Source: an uncultured Hyphomicrobiales bacterium
GTDB taxonomy: Bacteria; Bacteroidota; Ignavibacteria; Kapaibacteriales; UBA2268
Reading direction: 5' to 3'
Assembly (NCBI GenBank): GCA_964650885.1
Contig: CAZYXG010000002.1
Coordinates: 7,696-71,695, forward strand
Length of the DNA stretch: 64,000 nucleotides
Part shown: positions 9,653 to 19,949 of the stretch, piece after piece
How positions within the stretch are numbered: the stretch's first letter is position 1
How the letters are laid out: every line of letters starts with the position of its first letter
Position numbers and translations under genes: made by a program
Notes under the pieces: model-generated
Database searches by the model: none
Told to the model about the DNA's origin: nothing
What the model saw: the letters and a program-made list of their open reading frames with translations, nothing else

Positions 9653-11119
9653 ATGAATTTAAACAACCAATTCGACACATTAGATCTTTTTCCAGCTTCA
9701 AAAGAAATTACAGAAGACAATCTGATAGTTTTTAAAAAGCTTGGTGAAGCTGATGTATATGCCGAACAAAAATGGCAAGAAATTTTAAAGATAGTTAGAG
9801 ATAACTTATCTTCTCAATCATTCACAACTTGGTTCGACCCAATTCGTGTTATTAGATGGAAAGATGAACTTTTGACAATCCAAGTGCCTTCTCAATTCTT
9901 TCAAGAGTGGATAGAAGAGCATTATTATAACTTACTTCAAAAAGCGTTACAGAAAGTATTAGGTGCAGAAGCACGATTGCAATACGAAGTTGTAGTAGAT
10001 ACTACTCCAGAAATAGATAAAAATGTTTTGAGAGTACCTGGTTTTAGAAATCCTGGAACTTCTGGTTTTTCTAACCATAAGCCAAATGAATTCAATACTG
10101 GTTTGAATATCAGATATTCGTTTGATTCTTTCGTTATGGGTGATAGCAATCAATTAGCTTATTCAGCTTCAAAAGCTGTTGCTAATAATCCAGGTAAAAG
10201 CTTCAATCCATTAGTTATCATTGGTGATTCTGGTTTAGGCAAGACTCACTTGGTTCAAGCAATTGGCAATCATATAATAAATACAAACCCGAAAGCAAAA
10301 GTTCTTTATACAAATTGTGAAGACTTTTATTTAGATTTTGTAAATGCTATTCAAAATAATAAAAAGAACGAATTTGTAAACTATTACAAAAATGTTGATG
10401 TTTTCATTATGGATGATATTCATATCTTTGCTGATAAATTGAAATCGCAAGATATGTTCTTCCATATTTTCAATGCATTCCATCAAGCTGACAAGCAAAT
10501 TATTCTTACTTGCGATAAACCACCAAAAGAATTAAAAGGTGTGGAAGAAAGATTAATCTCCCGTGTGCAATGGGGATTGACAGTTGATTTGCAACGTCCC
10601 GACTTTGAAACAAGAATGGCTATTCTTAATAAGAAAAGTTCAGACGAAGGAATTAACTTACCTCAAGAAGTTGTAGAATATATTGCTACTAATGCGACAA
10701 CTAATGTTAGAGAGCTGGAAGGAATTCTGATTAGCTTTATAGCAAAAGTTACTTTCGATAATCGTGAGCCATCAGTTGCACTTGCAAAAGAAGTAGTTTC
10801 TGGCATTTCTAAATCAGATCCTAAACAAATGACTATCGAAGATATTAAAGCTTTGGTTTCTGAATACTACAAAATATCTTTAGAAGATATGGAGTCTAAA
10901 TCTAGAAAGCATGAAATTGCACTTTCTCGCCAAATGAGTATGTATTTAGCTAAACAATTAACTCAATTGTCTTTAAAAAGTATTGGCTCTGCCTTTGGCG
11001 GAAGAGATCACTCTACTGTTTTACATTCTTGCACTCAAATTGAAAATTATTTAGTTACAGATAAAACTGTAAAATCTGCTTTTGAGCAATTACTTAAAAC
11101 TTTAAAAAGTATGTGCTAA
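9653..11119 (+). CDS. dnaA: chromosomal replication initiator protein DnaA
   Basis: Walker A GDSGLGKTHL, AAA+ box VDVFIMDDIHIF, and the C-terminal DNA-binding domain (KSRKHEIALSRQMSMYLAKQLT...). 488 aa. Confidence 0.95.
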   Translation: MNLNNQFDTLDLFPASKEITEDNLIVFKKLGEADVYAEQKWQEILKIVRDNLSSQSFTTWFDPIRVIRWKDELLTIQVPSQFFQEWIEEHYYNLLQKALQKVLGAEARLQYEVVVDTTPEIDKNVLRVPGFRNPGTSGFSNHKPNEFNTGLNIRYSFDSFVMGDSNQLAYSASKAVANNPGKSFNPLVIIGDSGLGKTHLVQAIGNHIINTNPKAKVLYTNCEDFYLDFVNAIQNNKKNEFVNYYKNVDVFIMDDIHIFADKLKSQDMFFHIFNAFHQADKQIILTCDKPPKELKGVEERLISRVQWGLTVDLQRPDFETRMAILNKKSSDEGINLPQEVVEYIATNATTNVRELEGILISFIAKVTFDNREPSVALAKEVVSGISKSDPKQMTIEDIKALVSEYYKISLEDMESKSRKHEIALSRQMSMYLAKQLTQLSLKSIGSAFGGRDHSTVLHSCTQIENYLVTDKTVKSAFEQLLKTLKSMC

Positions 11120-11145
11120 TCAGCCATAAATATAATAATTTAAAA

Positions 11146-11180
11146 AGCCATTCCTTGAATATTTAGGAATGGCTTTTTTG
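11146..11180. terminator. bidirectional rho-independent terminator between convergent dnaA and the aminotransferase gene
   Basis: AGCCATTCCT-TGAATATTT-AGGAATGGCT is a perfect 10-bp stem. It is flanked by AAAAA upstream and TTTTTTG downstream. Confidence 0.7.
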
Positions 11181-11208
11181 TTTGAATTCGATTATAAAGG
11201 TTCTATTT

Positions 11209-12519
11209 TTATTTGTCAGTTAGTTGAATTAACGACTTTCTGATTATAGCCATTCCTTCATCTATTTCAGATTTAGAGATGCCAAGCTGTGGTCGGAAAC
11301 GAACTGAATTAACTCCACAAGTTAGTATCATCAATCCATTTTCAAATGCAGTATTAATAAATTCTTTTCTTAGCTCAAGCGGCATATCGAATGCACACAT
11401 CAGGCCTTTACCTCTGGCATTATTTAAAATTGGGAACTCAATTATTAATGTTTTGATTTCAGTTAATAAGTAATCCCCCATAAGCCGAGAATTTTCAATT
11501 AGATTTTCCTCTGCTATGATTTCCAAGTATCTTGTGCAGCGAATCATATCCACTAAATTGCCACCCCAAGTAGAGTTAATTCTACTACTAGTGTGAAACA
11601 CATTGTTTGCAATATCATCTACTCTTTCTGTAGCTATCAAACCACAAACTTGCATTTTTTTCCCAAATACAGCAATATCGGGAGTAACACCAGTTTGTTG
11701 GAAATACCACCAAGTACCTGTTATACCTATACCAGTTTGTACTTCATCGAAAATCAATAAAATTTCACTTTCATCTGCAATTTGTCTTAACTTCTGTAAA
11801 AATTCATTTCTGAAATGATTATCTCCACCTTCAGCTTGAATTGGTTCAATAATAATAGCAGCTATTTGATCTTCATTGTCTCTTATTGCTTTCATTATTT
11901 GATTGATACATTCTTCTTCTTGAAGTAGAGTTGCATCTAAATTTTCAACATTAGTAGGGAAGTGTAATTTCGGATTTGTTACCCTAATCCAATCAAATTG
12001 AGGGAAATACATTGTTTTCACTGGGTCAGTATTTGTAAGAGTCAGAGTGTATCCGCTTCTTCCATGAAATGCTTGAGCAAAAGAAATTACTTTCAAATGA
12101 TTAGGAACTTCATTAGTACGTTTAAGCACTTTGTGAGTTTTCCAATCGAAAGCCACTTTCAGTGCATTTTCAACTGCCAAAGCACCACCTTCTATAAAGA
12201 AAGAATGTTTAAATTCCTTTGGAACTGCAAGTTTAAAGAAGGTATCTATAAAAGTGAAGTATTCTTCTGGGTATAAATCAGAGATTGATGGCTTATTTAT
12301 AGCAGCATGAAAAATTTTATCTTTAAATTCTGTATTGTTTAGCTTTTTATGATTGAAGCCAAGTGGCATTGAAGCAAAACAGGTGAAAAAGTCCACATAC
12401 TTTTTGCCCGTTGCTTTATCTACTATATAAGAGCCGTAGCTATTTTCTAAATCTAACGATATATCAAAGCCATCAGCTAAGATATACTGGTTAAGTCTTG
12501 TTCTAAGATTTTCAGACAT
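11209..12519 (-). CDS. lat: class-III PLP aminotransferase, L-lysine 6-aminotransferase-like
   Basis: 436 aa. LIFDEVQTGIGITGTWWYFQQTGVTPDIAVFGKKMQVCGL closely parallels the lysine epsilon-aminotransferase block FDEVQTGCGLTGTAWAYQQL..PDIVAFGKKTQVCG. Confidence 0.7.
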   Translation of the reverse strand: MSENLRTRLNQYILADGFDISLDLENSYGSYIVDKATGKKYVDFFTCFASMPLGFNHKKLNNTEFKDKIFHAAINKPSISDLYPEEYFTFIDTFFKLAVPKEFKHSFFIEGGALAVENALKVAFDWKTHKVLKRTNEVPNHLKVISFAQAFHGRSGYTLTLTNTDPVKTMYFPQFDWIRVTNPKLHFPTNVENLDATLLQEEECINQIMKAIRDNEDQIAAIIIEPIQAEGGDNHFRNEFLQKLRQIADESEILLIFDEVQTGIGITGTWWYFQQTGVTPDIAVFGKKMQVCGLIATERVDDIANNVFHTSSRINSTWGGNLVDMIRCTRYLEIIAEENLIENSRLMGDYLLTEIKTLIIEFPILNNARGKGLMCAFDMPLELRKEFINTAFENGLMILTCGVNSVRFRPQLGISKSEIDEGMAIIRKSLIQLTDK

Positions 12520-12891
12520 TGTTTAATCCTAATTTAATTAATGAGTTAAATTGTTAATTATTTCTTTGTTTTAAAGTATTCGAAAACAAGAAATAAGCTA
12601 CTCGATAGAAGAACAATGGCAAATAAATGTAATTATAGAAGAGAAAAGGTGTATGAATGAGAAAAAAGAACTGCCTCGAATTGTACCGAATTCGAGCGAA
12701 ATTGAAGATGCTGATAGTGTTTTACTTCTCATTTGGTAATTATTTTTCAACTAATAAGCAAAATTACGAATATTTCTAAAATTATGTGTTGTTTTATTCT
12801 CAATAAGTTTATAAATTATATTTTTAAAAATGAAAAATTGTTACAAAAGAATTCAAAAAGCAAAATTAATTTTAAATCTAAAGAGGTAAGA

Positions 12892-14253
12892 ATGTCTAAT
12901 AATAAAAATCACGTAAAAGTTGGCGGTCCACAAATAGGGGTATTTGTGGCTATGATGTTAGCTTTTATGTTTGTGTTCTATGTGTTCCTTATTCCATTGG
13001 GAGTAAGTAGTTTCGTTTTACCATTGTTTAAGCCAACTACAGAGGAAATTAACAAAAATGGATTTGCTAAATTCAAAGGACTTGTTTGGGCTACTCCTGC
13101 TGGAAAAGCAAAAAAAGGTGGCGAATATAATGTTGATAGAGAAATATCAGGTGAAGATATTAACGGTGAATACATATTTGACTTTACAACTAAATTAAGA
13201 AAACTAGAAGAAAATGGAAAAAAATTAGACGGTTACAATAAAGCAAGTAATGAATTTTATCTTAAAGCTCCTGGTTTATCAGAATCATTTGCTATTATTC
13301 TATCTCCAGCTATTGCATTTGGTATTTTAGCATTTGTTGCCGGTGGATTAATTGCTTTCATTATTGCGTTAGTTATGCCTTCTGGAATTGGTTTGATTTC
13401 TGCACTTTTTGAAAATCAAATTGAGCATATCAAAGTAAAAATTCGTTTGCAAACTGGTTTTAGCGATGACGTAGTTGACATATTAACTATGCCAGACCAC
13501 AAACTTAAAGACGTCGATAGAGATATAGCTGAAGAAATTTTCAGAAGAGTTTGGGAAAGAACAGAAACTGATACAGAAAATGCTAAGTATGTTGTTCTTT
13601 TCAACGATATTTTCGATGACAATACTGACATTGTTTTCTTCAGAAATGAAGCAATTTATACTCGTATCAAAGAATATTTCTCTGAGTTTGTATTAAGTGA
13701 AATCGCAGATACTAGAGATGGTAGAGCTTGGAAAGCTAATCACTTCTTAATTGGTGCTGGCTTGAGATTATATCTTGCTCACCACTTTACTGAAAAATAC
13801 TCTAATAACGTTACTGGTATGGCCTATGCGGGTGCCGCAGTTCTTATCATTGCCGTTGGTGTACGTGGTTTGAAATTTATTCCAGCTGCACAACCATCAC
13901 TTATCTTCTTTGCGATTCTCTTAGAGTTCACTCTTCTTTCTTTAATGGCCATCACTATCTTCTATACTGAAGAAGAAGAACGTATGGACAAAATGATGAA
14001 GAAAATGGAAGATGGTAATAAATCTCAATTAGATACTTTGCGTAACCAACAAGTTGACATCCACCAATTAGCTACTGCGTTGATGGGCCAAACTTCTGAT
14101 ATTATCAAACAAAGAGTTGAAAATTCAATCTCTGAATACCTTTCTAGTGGCGACCAAGTACAAAAGCAAATTGCAACTGCTATTGCAGATAAGATTGTTT
14201 TTGATATAAAAGGTGGCAACTCATCTGGTAATTCTTCTTCTCGAAGAAAATAA
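12892..14253 (+). CDS. uncharacterised polytopic membrane protein with a cytoplasmic coiled-coil C-terminal tail
   Basis: The tracked ORF starts at 12733, but GAGGT at 12883-12887 precedes the ATG at 12892 (MSNNKNHVKVGG...). Three hydrophobic blocks (~aa 15-45, 175-225, 355-415) each span two helices. The C-terminal ~90 aa are charged (EEEERMDKMMKKMEDGNKSQLDTLRNQQ...). No family recognised. Confidence 0.55.
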   Translation: MSNNKNHVKVGGPQIGVFVAMMLAFMFVFYVFLIPLGVSSFVLPLFKPTTEEINKNGFAKFKGLVWATPAGKAKKGGEYNVDREISGEDINGEYIFDFTTKLRKLEENGKKLDGYNKASNEFYLKAPGLSESFAIILSPAIAFGILAFVAGGLIAFIIALVMPSGIGLISALFENQIEHIKVKIRLQTGFSDDVVDILTMPDHKLKDVDRDIAEEIFRRVWERTETDTENAKYVVLFNDIFDDNTDIVFFRNEAIYTRIKEYFSEFVLSEIADTRDGRAWKANHFLIGAGLRLYLAHHFTEKYSNNVTGMAYAGAAVLIIAVGVRGLKFIPAAQPSLIFFAILLEFTLLSLMAITIFYTEEEERMDKMMKKMEDGNKSQLDTLRNQQVDIHQLATALMGQTSDIIKQRVENSISEYLSSGDQVQKQIATAIADKIVFDIKGGNSSGNSSSRRK

Positions 14254-14274
14254 TTTCAACTAAATTTTAATTAA

Positions 14275-14310
14275 AGCCGTGTAAATAATCTAAATTACAC
14301 GGCTTTTTTT
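14275..14310 (+). terminator. rho-independent terminator downstream of the membrane-protein gene
   Basis: AGCCGTGTAA-ATAATCTAAA-TTACACGGCT is a 10-bp stem followed by TTTTTTT. Confidence 0.7.
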
Positions 14311-14337
14311 GTAACTAAATCTCGTTTTATTAGTTTA

Positions 14338-17300
14338 TTGTTTATGAGAAAATTACTACTTTTAATATTTGTTTTGATTTTGACAAATTCAGAATTGTTT
14401 GCCAAAATAAATGTAACTGAAAATCAAAACCAATTAGATGTTTCTTTAGAGTTTCAATCAAAAGGAAACATATCAACTAACCAATTTGAAGGTGCTAACT
14501 TTGCTTTAGCTCAAACAATTGGCAATAAAGTAATATATCCTGCTCAATTCTTCTTTGCTTTTGCCAAGAATGATTCTCCACTCTTAATTAAGCAAAACAG
14601 TGGTGTTTTTAAAATTGAATTGAAAAAAGTGCAATCAAGTTTAAACTTCGATAAATATGAACTGTTAGTGTATCCTTATGACAAACAAAGCTTAAATCTC
14701 ATTAGTAAACTAGATTTACAAATCAGCTTTAAAGAAAGTATAGATTCTAAGCTGATGGAACAACATTTTCCTCAATTCAGCTATATTTCTAACCCAAAAA
14801 AATTAAATTCATTAATTATAAATCAGCCAAAAAAGTCTAATTCAATAGCAAGTAATTCTTGGTTTGAACCAAAGCAAAATTATTACAAAGTTGAAACAAA
14901 TCAAGATAGAATCTATAAAGTTGCAATTGCAGATTTCAAACTAAATAACAATCAAAGCAATATTCAAAGCCTTCACTGTGCTTTCAATGGCAAAGATTAT
15001 CCGTTTTATCTAAAATCTAACGATAATTCATTAGACAATTCAGACACATTATTTTTTGTTGGCTCACACCCTAATGGAGACACGACATACTTTGATAACT
15101 ATGCTAGTTACGAGTCCTTTTATTTTTATTATGATAGCGAAAAAACAAACAATTCTCAATTGGCTATTAGCAATTTAGTTAGCAATAATCAAAGTAATGC
15201 GGTTCAAATAAATAGACACTTGGAATACGAAAAACATTATTCCTATGTAGGCCCTATTACTACTGAAACTTATCAAACAGAGGGTTGGTATGAAAAAGAA
15301 CTCAATCCATTCTCAGGGCAAACAGATACCGCCAGTAAGAACTTTATATACAACAGTTTATCTAACAATACTGATTCAGTAAAATTGACAGTTAGAATAG
15401 TAGCTGCAAACGAACCAAGAAATGGTTTTAAGTCTTATTCTGAACACTTCATTAAGCTAAATGGAGAAGTAATAGATAAACAGTCAATAAAGTTCCCAGA
15501 AGTAAAAAATTATAATTACTTAGTGCCTTCAAGCAAACTTGTCAATGGTTTGAACAACATCACAATTGAATCTCTCGGAAGGGATTTTCTAAAAGATACA
15601 ATTTTTGAAGTAATTGCTGTTGATTATCAAGAGCTTAATAGCAAAGAAGAAGCTATAGCTGAAAATGATGTGTTGAGATTGAACCCAAATAACTCGAAAG
15701 ATTTGAAATTAGAAGTAAGCAACTTCTTTTCTAATAAAGTCTATGCCATTAGTAATGATAAAAGAACAATAGAAATTGCCAATTTAGATAAATCTGATTT
15801 AGCCACAAGTTCTGCTCACGACAACTACCTTCAAGCAAGACTTAACAATTATGCTAAAAACTATATTGGTAGCGGTTATTTGATAATTGCTGGCAGCAAC
15901 GATAACTATAGTTTTTTCGCAGGAAATTCCGATTCAGATGCTGAAAAATTTATAGCACAAAATTCTACAAAGGAATATTTATCATTCTGCTTCAATAAAA
16001 AGTCTGCATTGACTGCTGGTATTAAATCAACATTGGCTTCAATTGGATCAACATCTATAAACGAAGTGAAACTGAATGACTTTTTTGTTTTTACTAAAAT
16101 CAAAAATGATTATTCCGAATCTATAAATGCTTTGAAAGCGAGCATTAATAATAAACCTAAGTTAACAACTGGTTTGAAATATTCTGGAGTTATAAATATT
16201 CCTTTAAACACAAATGAATTAAACGTATATAGTGAATCAAGCATAGTATTGCTAAAACCACAATTAATCGAAAACACTAATTATTCAAATGAAATTGATT
16301 CGAGCGATGTAATAGTTCTTACTCATAAAGCATTCAAAGCTAGTGCTTTAGTTTATGTTGATTACAGAAAGAAAACAAACCCACAGTTCAATTATAAACT
16401 TATTGATGTGGAAGATCTTTATAAAGAATTTAATTTCGGTAGAAAATCTCCGCATGCAATTAAATCATATTTGAAATTTGCTTACGATAACTATAAAAAC
16501 AAGATAAAATATGCTGTAATCTGGGGCGACGCAAGTTCCGATTGCCGTTTGATTTCCGATGGAGCTGTTTCAATAGATTATGTACCAACTTATGGATTTC
16601 CTGTAAGCGATTCTTGGTATGGACTTATGAACTTGGAAGCTGCCGACACTACTTCGTATCTAATTATTGGGCGTGTTCCAATCTATTTGCCAGAGCAGGG
16701 ATTTGAATATGTCAATAAATTAAAAGAATTCGATAACGCACCAAAGTCAATTTGGCAAAAGAGATATTTTTCAATGACTACTGGCTATGATGCTTTGGAA
16801 AACACTTATTTCTATTTGCAAGGCAGAAGCTTAATGGATTATTTCCTTAGAAATGGTTTCTGTGGCGATACTGCTTCAGTAAGAAGAGGATCTACTACTC
16901 CAACTGGAGTGGAAGAAGCTGGAGTGATTAGAAACTTCATAAATGAAGGGGCTATTTGGACTTCTTATATAGGACATGGATCGCAATTACAATTTGAAAT
17001 GGATGGTTGGGAAGTTTCCACTTTGAATAACAAAGGAAAATACGGAGTTCTTTCAACTATTTCTTGCAATACCGCTGCATTTGCAACTCCTCCAACTCCT
17101 TCGGGAAGAAATGAAGACTATGTGTTGCGTCCCAATAAAGGGTTTATTGCCTCTATTGGTTCCACTGCCACCAGCACAGTTAATCAAGGAATGTTGGTAC
17201 AATCTTTTAGCTTAGAAGTTCTAACTGGTATTTCATCAAAAATTAGAAATCTGGGGGAAATTTATGCAATTGGCAAAAGTGCTCAATTGGAAACTTCCAC

Positions 17301-19926
17301 GATTTACCAAATAAATTTCTTGGGTGACCCACTAGTTAATTTGCCAATTGATACAATTCCTGAATTATATTTTGATTCGAAATATACAGTAATCAATGAA
17401 AGGGGCGAATCAAATTTCTTGGAAGATGATACACTTGTAAATCTAAAATTAGACATTGCAAATAGCGGTATGAATCCCGATAAAATTTTCAAAGTAAAGT
17501 TTATTCATAATTATGGCAATGAAAAAGACTCAAGTATATATGAAATAAATAACTTATGTGGAAATAATCAAGTACAAGCTCAATTCAATATAGCTCAAGA
17601 AATTGGTGAACATTATATTGATGCTATTATTGATTTTGAAAATGAATTAGAAGAAAGCAATAAGTTAAACAATACAATTAGAGTTCGATTCGATTCTTTC
17701 CGAAGAGGTTTGTTGCCACTTGAGCCATTCGATTATTGGAATAAATCAAGCATCAATCCTCAATTTAGAGTAATAAATCCAAATCAAAAAGCAGGAACAA
17801 CCTACTCTTTTGAAATTAAAAAGAATAATGAATTAATTAAAAGTTCATTACCAAAAGAAATAATTATCAATGAAAATTTTATTGAGTGGAACCCAATTGT
17901 TCAGCTCGATAAAAATAGCAGTTACAGCTTTCTTGCCACCTATAATGAAAATAATGGCACTTCAAATATACCGCTTTTGCTAAACTTCAATACCAAATCG
18001 GAAGATGATAAAAATCAAACCATTTTTAGCTTGAATGTAAAAAACAATTCAATAAACAATTTGCAACAAATTAGTATTGATAGCAATAGTAAAATTGGTT
18101 TAGCAGAAGTCAATCATAAATTCAATATAATTAGTCGCTCTGGTGGTGGGCCAAACGGATTGAATTCTTGGAATGTTTTAGAGGTAATCCCAAACAACGA
18201 TGTTACCAAAACTAATGTATTTGTAAATGCTGATAGAGGTGGTTTCAACGTAGTTAAATTTAACTTATCCGATGTATATGAGCAACCTGAATATAGATGG
18301 TACCCAACCCATTATTTGCCATATTTCCCAGAAAACGATAAATCAGCTTTCACAAGCACTAAAATGGTTCGCTTTCTAAGAGATACTGTGCAAGAAAATG
18401 AATTAATAATGATTTCTGTTTCAAGTGGCTATATGGGTACAATGGAATGGAATGCTTGGGGAGACACTTTAGGAAATATTGCTGCAGTAAAAAATACATT
18501 CAAATGGTTTTATAATTCAGAATTATCGGATTCTCTAATCTCTGGTGGTTCTTGGGCTTTCATAGGGCAGAAAGGCAAAAAGCCACTTGCTGAAAAATTT
18601 GTTTTGTTCGATAGTGCTTCATTGAGTGGAGAATTCCTCCGCTTTTACCAGAATGGAAGTTTAAGCACAAAGAGCATAAGTTTGATTGATTCAATTAAAT
18701 CAGTAGAAGTTAAAAATATTGACACTTCGCTAATCATTTATAAAATAAAGCTAATTGGAATTAATAGTAGTCAAGAAATAGAAATTGATTCAGCTGAAAA
18801 TCAAAGTTTGGATTTTTCAAATTGGACAAAAATTAATTTTGAGCAAATCAAAGTGAAAATTGATATTGCTACAAAACTTAAAAAGACAGAACATCAACCA
18901 AACGAAATTTATGAACTCAATTTAGTTGCTAAAACTAAACCAGATTTAGCCATTGTGAAATCACTTAGTATGTATTTAGTTGATACCTTGGAAAGGGGAT
19001 ATGAGCAAAATTATTCTGCCCAAATTGAGAATATTTCTCTGCGTGGAATTGCAAAAAATATTACTTTTGAATTAAAGTTTAATAATGATGATTTGTTAAG
19101 GTCTTATTCAATAACTCAGCTCAATCCAAAGCAAACTTATATATTCGATTCAACTTTCAACACTTCAAATTTTCCAATTGTAAATTCTGTTACAACTAAT
19201 CTATCTGGTAATTATAGTCAGCTAAGCGATATTTATAAATTTAACAACGCTCACAGCTCAACTTTCAAATTGCAAAATGATACAACTAAACCTGTTATTA
19301 AGTTCTTTTTCGATGACAGAGAAATTGCCGATAGAGACTTCGTTTCTCAAAAGCCAAGAATAAGAATTGAATTGCACGATACATCGCCAATAGCTTCTAC
19401 AGATACAAATGCTTTAAGAATTCGATTAAATAGAATAATTCAAAATAAGCAAAATACTGATACTCTATCTGTGAATTTAGTTAATAAAAATGATTTGAAA
19501 ACTACTATGTATCTTGAGCCAAAAGAGAACATTCTCGAATTTGGTGAGAATCTTTTGACTATTTATGGCAGAGATGAATCTGGTAACTTTGCGGATACTG
19601 TTGACATTTACATCATTGTTGAAAAAATTGCAGCAATCAATGAGTTTGTAATCTATCCCAATCCTGTCAAAGATATTTTGAATTTTAAAGCTAAATTCAA
19701 AGCAAATAAAAACAATGTTAAAGCAGTCATAAGGATATATGATTTAACAGGATACCAAATTGATGAAAAACCATTAAATTTTAACATTGGCGATAATACT
19801 TTTTCTTTCCAAATTACCAATTATAATAGCGTTTCCTTGCCAACTGGGGTATATATTTTCAAAATTGATTTTGAAGATGAATTATTTGTTGAACCAGTTA
19901 TAGGAAAATTCATTAAAATGGAATAA
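14338..19926 (+). CDS. giant secreted peptidase C25 (gingipain/PorU-like) family protein with a T9SS C-terminal sorting domain
   Basis: Signal peptide MFMRKLLLLIFVLILTNSELFA. The central region has C25 hallmarks: IWGDASSDC...VPTYGFPVSDSWYG...IIGRVP, a His block SYIGHGSQLQFEMDGW, a Cys block VLSTISCNTAAF, and ...FLGDPLV. The last ~90 aa (VIYPNPVKDILNF...VIRIYDLTGYQI...LPTGVYIFKI) are a classic Por_Secre_tail. 1862 aa. Confidence 0.7.
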   Translation: MFMRKLLLLIFVLILTNSELFAKINVTENQNQLDVSLEFQSKGNISTNQFEGANFALAQTIGNKVIYPAQFFFAFAKNDSPLLIKQNSGVFKIELKKVQSSLNFDKYELLVYPYDKQSLNLISKLDLQISFKESIDSKLMEQHFPQFSYISNPKKLNSLIINQPKKSNSIASNSWFEPKQNYYKVETNQDRIYKVAIADFKLNNNQSNIQSLHCAFNGKDYPFYLKSNDNSLDNSDTLFFVGSHPNGDTTYFDNYASYESFYFYYDSEKTNNSQLAISNLVSNNQSNAVQINRHLEYEKHYSYVGPITTETYQTEGWYEKELNPFSGQTDTASKNFIYNSLSNNTDSVKLTVRIVAANEPRNGFKSYSEHFIKLNGEVIDKQSIKFPEVKNYNYLVPSSKLVNGLNNITIESLGRDFLKDTIFEVIAVDYQELNSKEEAIAENDVLRLNPNNSKDLKLEVSNFFSNKVYAISNDKRTIEIANLDKSDLATSSAHDNYLQARLNNYAKNYIGSGYLIIAGSNDNYSFFAGNSDSDAEKFIAQNSTKEYLSFCFNKKSALTAGIKSTLASIGSTSINEVKLNDFFVFTKIKNDYSESINALKASINNKPKLTTGLKYSGVINIPLNTNELNVYSESSIVLLKPQLIENTNYSNEIDSSDVIVLTHKAFKASALVYVDYRKKTNPQFNYKLIDVEDLYKEFNFGRKSPHAIKSYLKFAYDNYKNKIKYAVIWGDASSDCRLISDGAVSIDYVPTYGFPVSDSWYGLMNLEAADTTSYLIIGRVPIYLPEQGFEYVNKLKEFDNAPKSIWQKRYFSMTTGYDALENTYFYLQGRSLMDYFLRNGFCGDTASVRRGSTTPTGVEEAGVIRNFINEGAIWTSYIGHGSQLQFEMDGWEVSTLNNKGKYGVLSTISCNTAAFATPPTPSGRNEDYVLRPNKGFIASIGSTATSTVNQGMLVQSFSLEVLTGISSKIRNLGEIYAIGKSAQLETSTIYQINFLGDPLVNLPIDTIPELYFDSKYTVINERGESNFLEDDTLVNLKLDIANSGMNPDKIFKVKFIHNYGNEKDSSIYEINNLCGNNQVQAQFNIAQEIGEHYIDAIIDFENELEESNKLNNTIRVRFDSFRRGLLPLEPFDYWNKSSINPQFRVINPNQKAGTTYSFEIKKNNELIKSSLPKEIIINENFIEWNPIVQLDKNSSYSFLATYNENNGTSNIPLLLNFNTKSEDDKNQTIFSLNVKNNSINNLQQISIDSNSKIGLAEVNHKFNIISRSGGGPNGLNSWNVLEVIPNNDVTKTNVFVNADRGGFNVVKFNLSDVYEQPEYRWYPTHYLPYFPENDKSAFTSTKMVRFLRDTVQENELIMISVSSGYMGTMEWNAWGDTLGNIAAVKNTFKWFYNSELSDSLISGGSWAFIGQKGKKPLAEKFVLFDSASLSGEFLRFYQNGSLSTKSISLIDSIKSVEVKNIDTSLIIYKIKLIGINSSQEIEIDSAENQSLDFSNWTKINFEQIKVKIDIATKLKKTEHQPNEIYELNLVAKTKPDLAIVKSLSMYLVDTLERGYEQNYSAQIENISLRGIAKNITFELKFNNDDLLRSYSITQLNPKQTYIFDSTFNTSNFPIVNSVTTNLSGNYSQLSDIYKFNNAHSSTFKLQNDTTKPVIKFFFDDREIADRDFVSQKPRIRIELHDTSPIASTDTNALRIRLNRIIQNKQNTDTLSVNLVNKNDLKTTMYLEPKENILEFGENLLTIYGRDESGNFADTVDIYIIVEKIAAINEFVIYPNPVKDILNFKAKFKANKNNVKAVIRIYDLTGYQIDEKPLNFNIGDNTFSFQITNYNSVSLPTGVYIFKIDFEDELFVEPVIGKFIKME

Positions 19927-19949
19927 ATAAAATAACAAAAGAGAAAAAT

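Noticed and set aside
12733-12891. A 53-codon N-terminal extension of the membrane-protein ORF (track start 12733)
   Set aside because: The extension is low-complexity and AT-driven (MVIIFQLISKITNISKIM...), whereas an ATG with a GAGGT motif sits at 12892. The shorter start is preferred.
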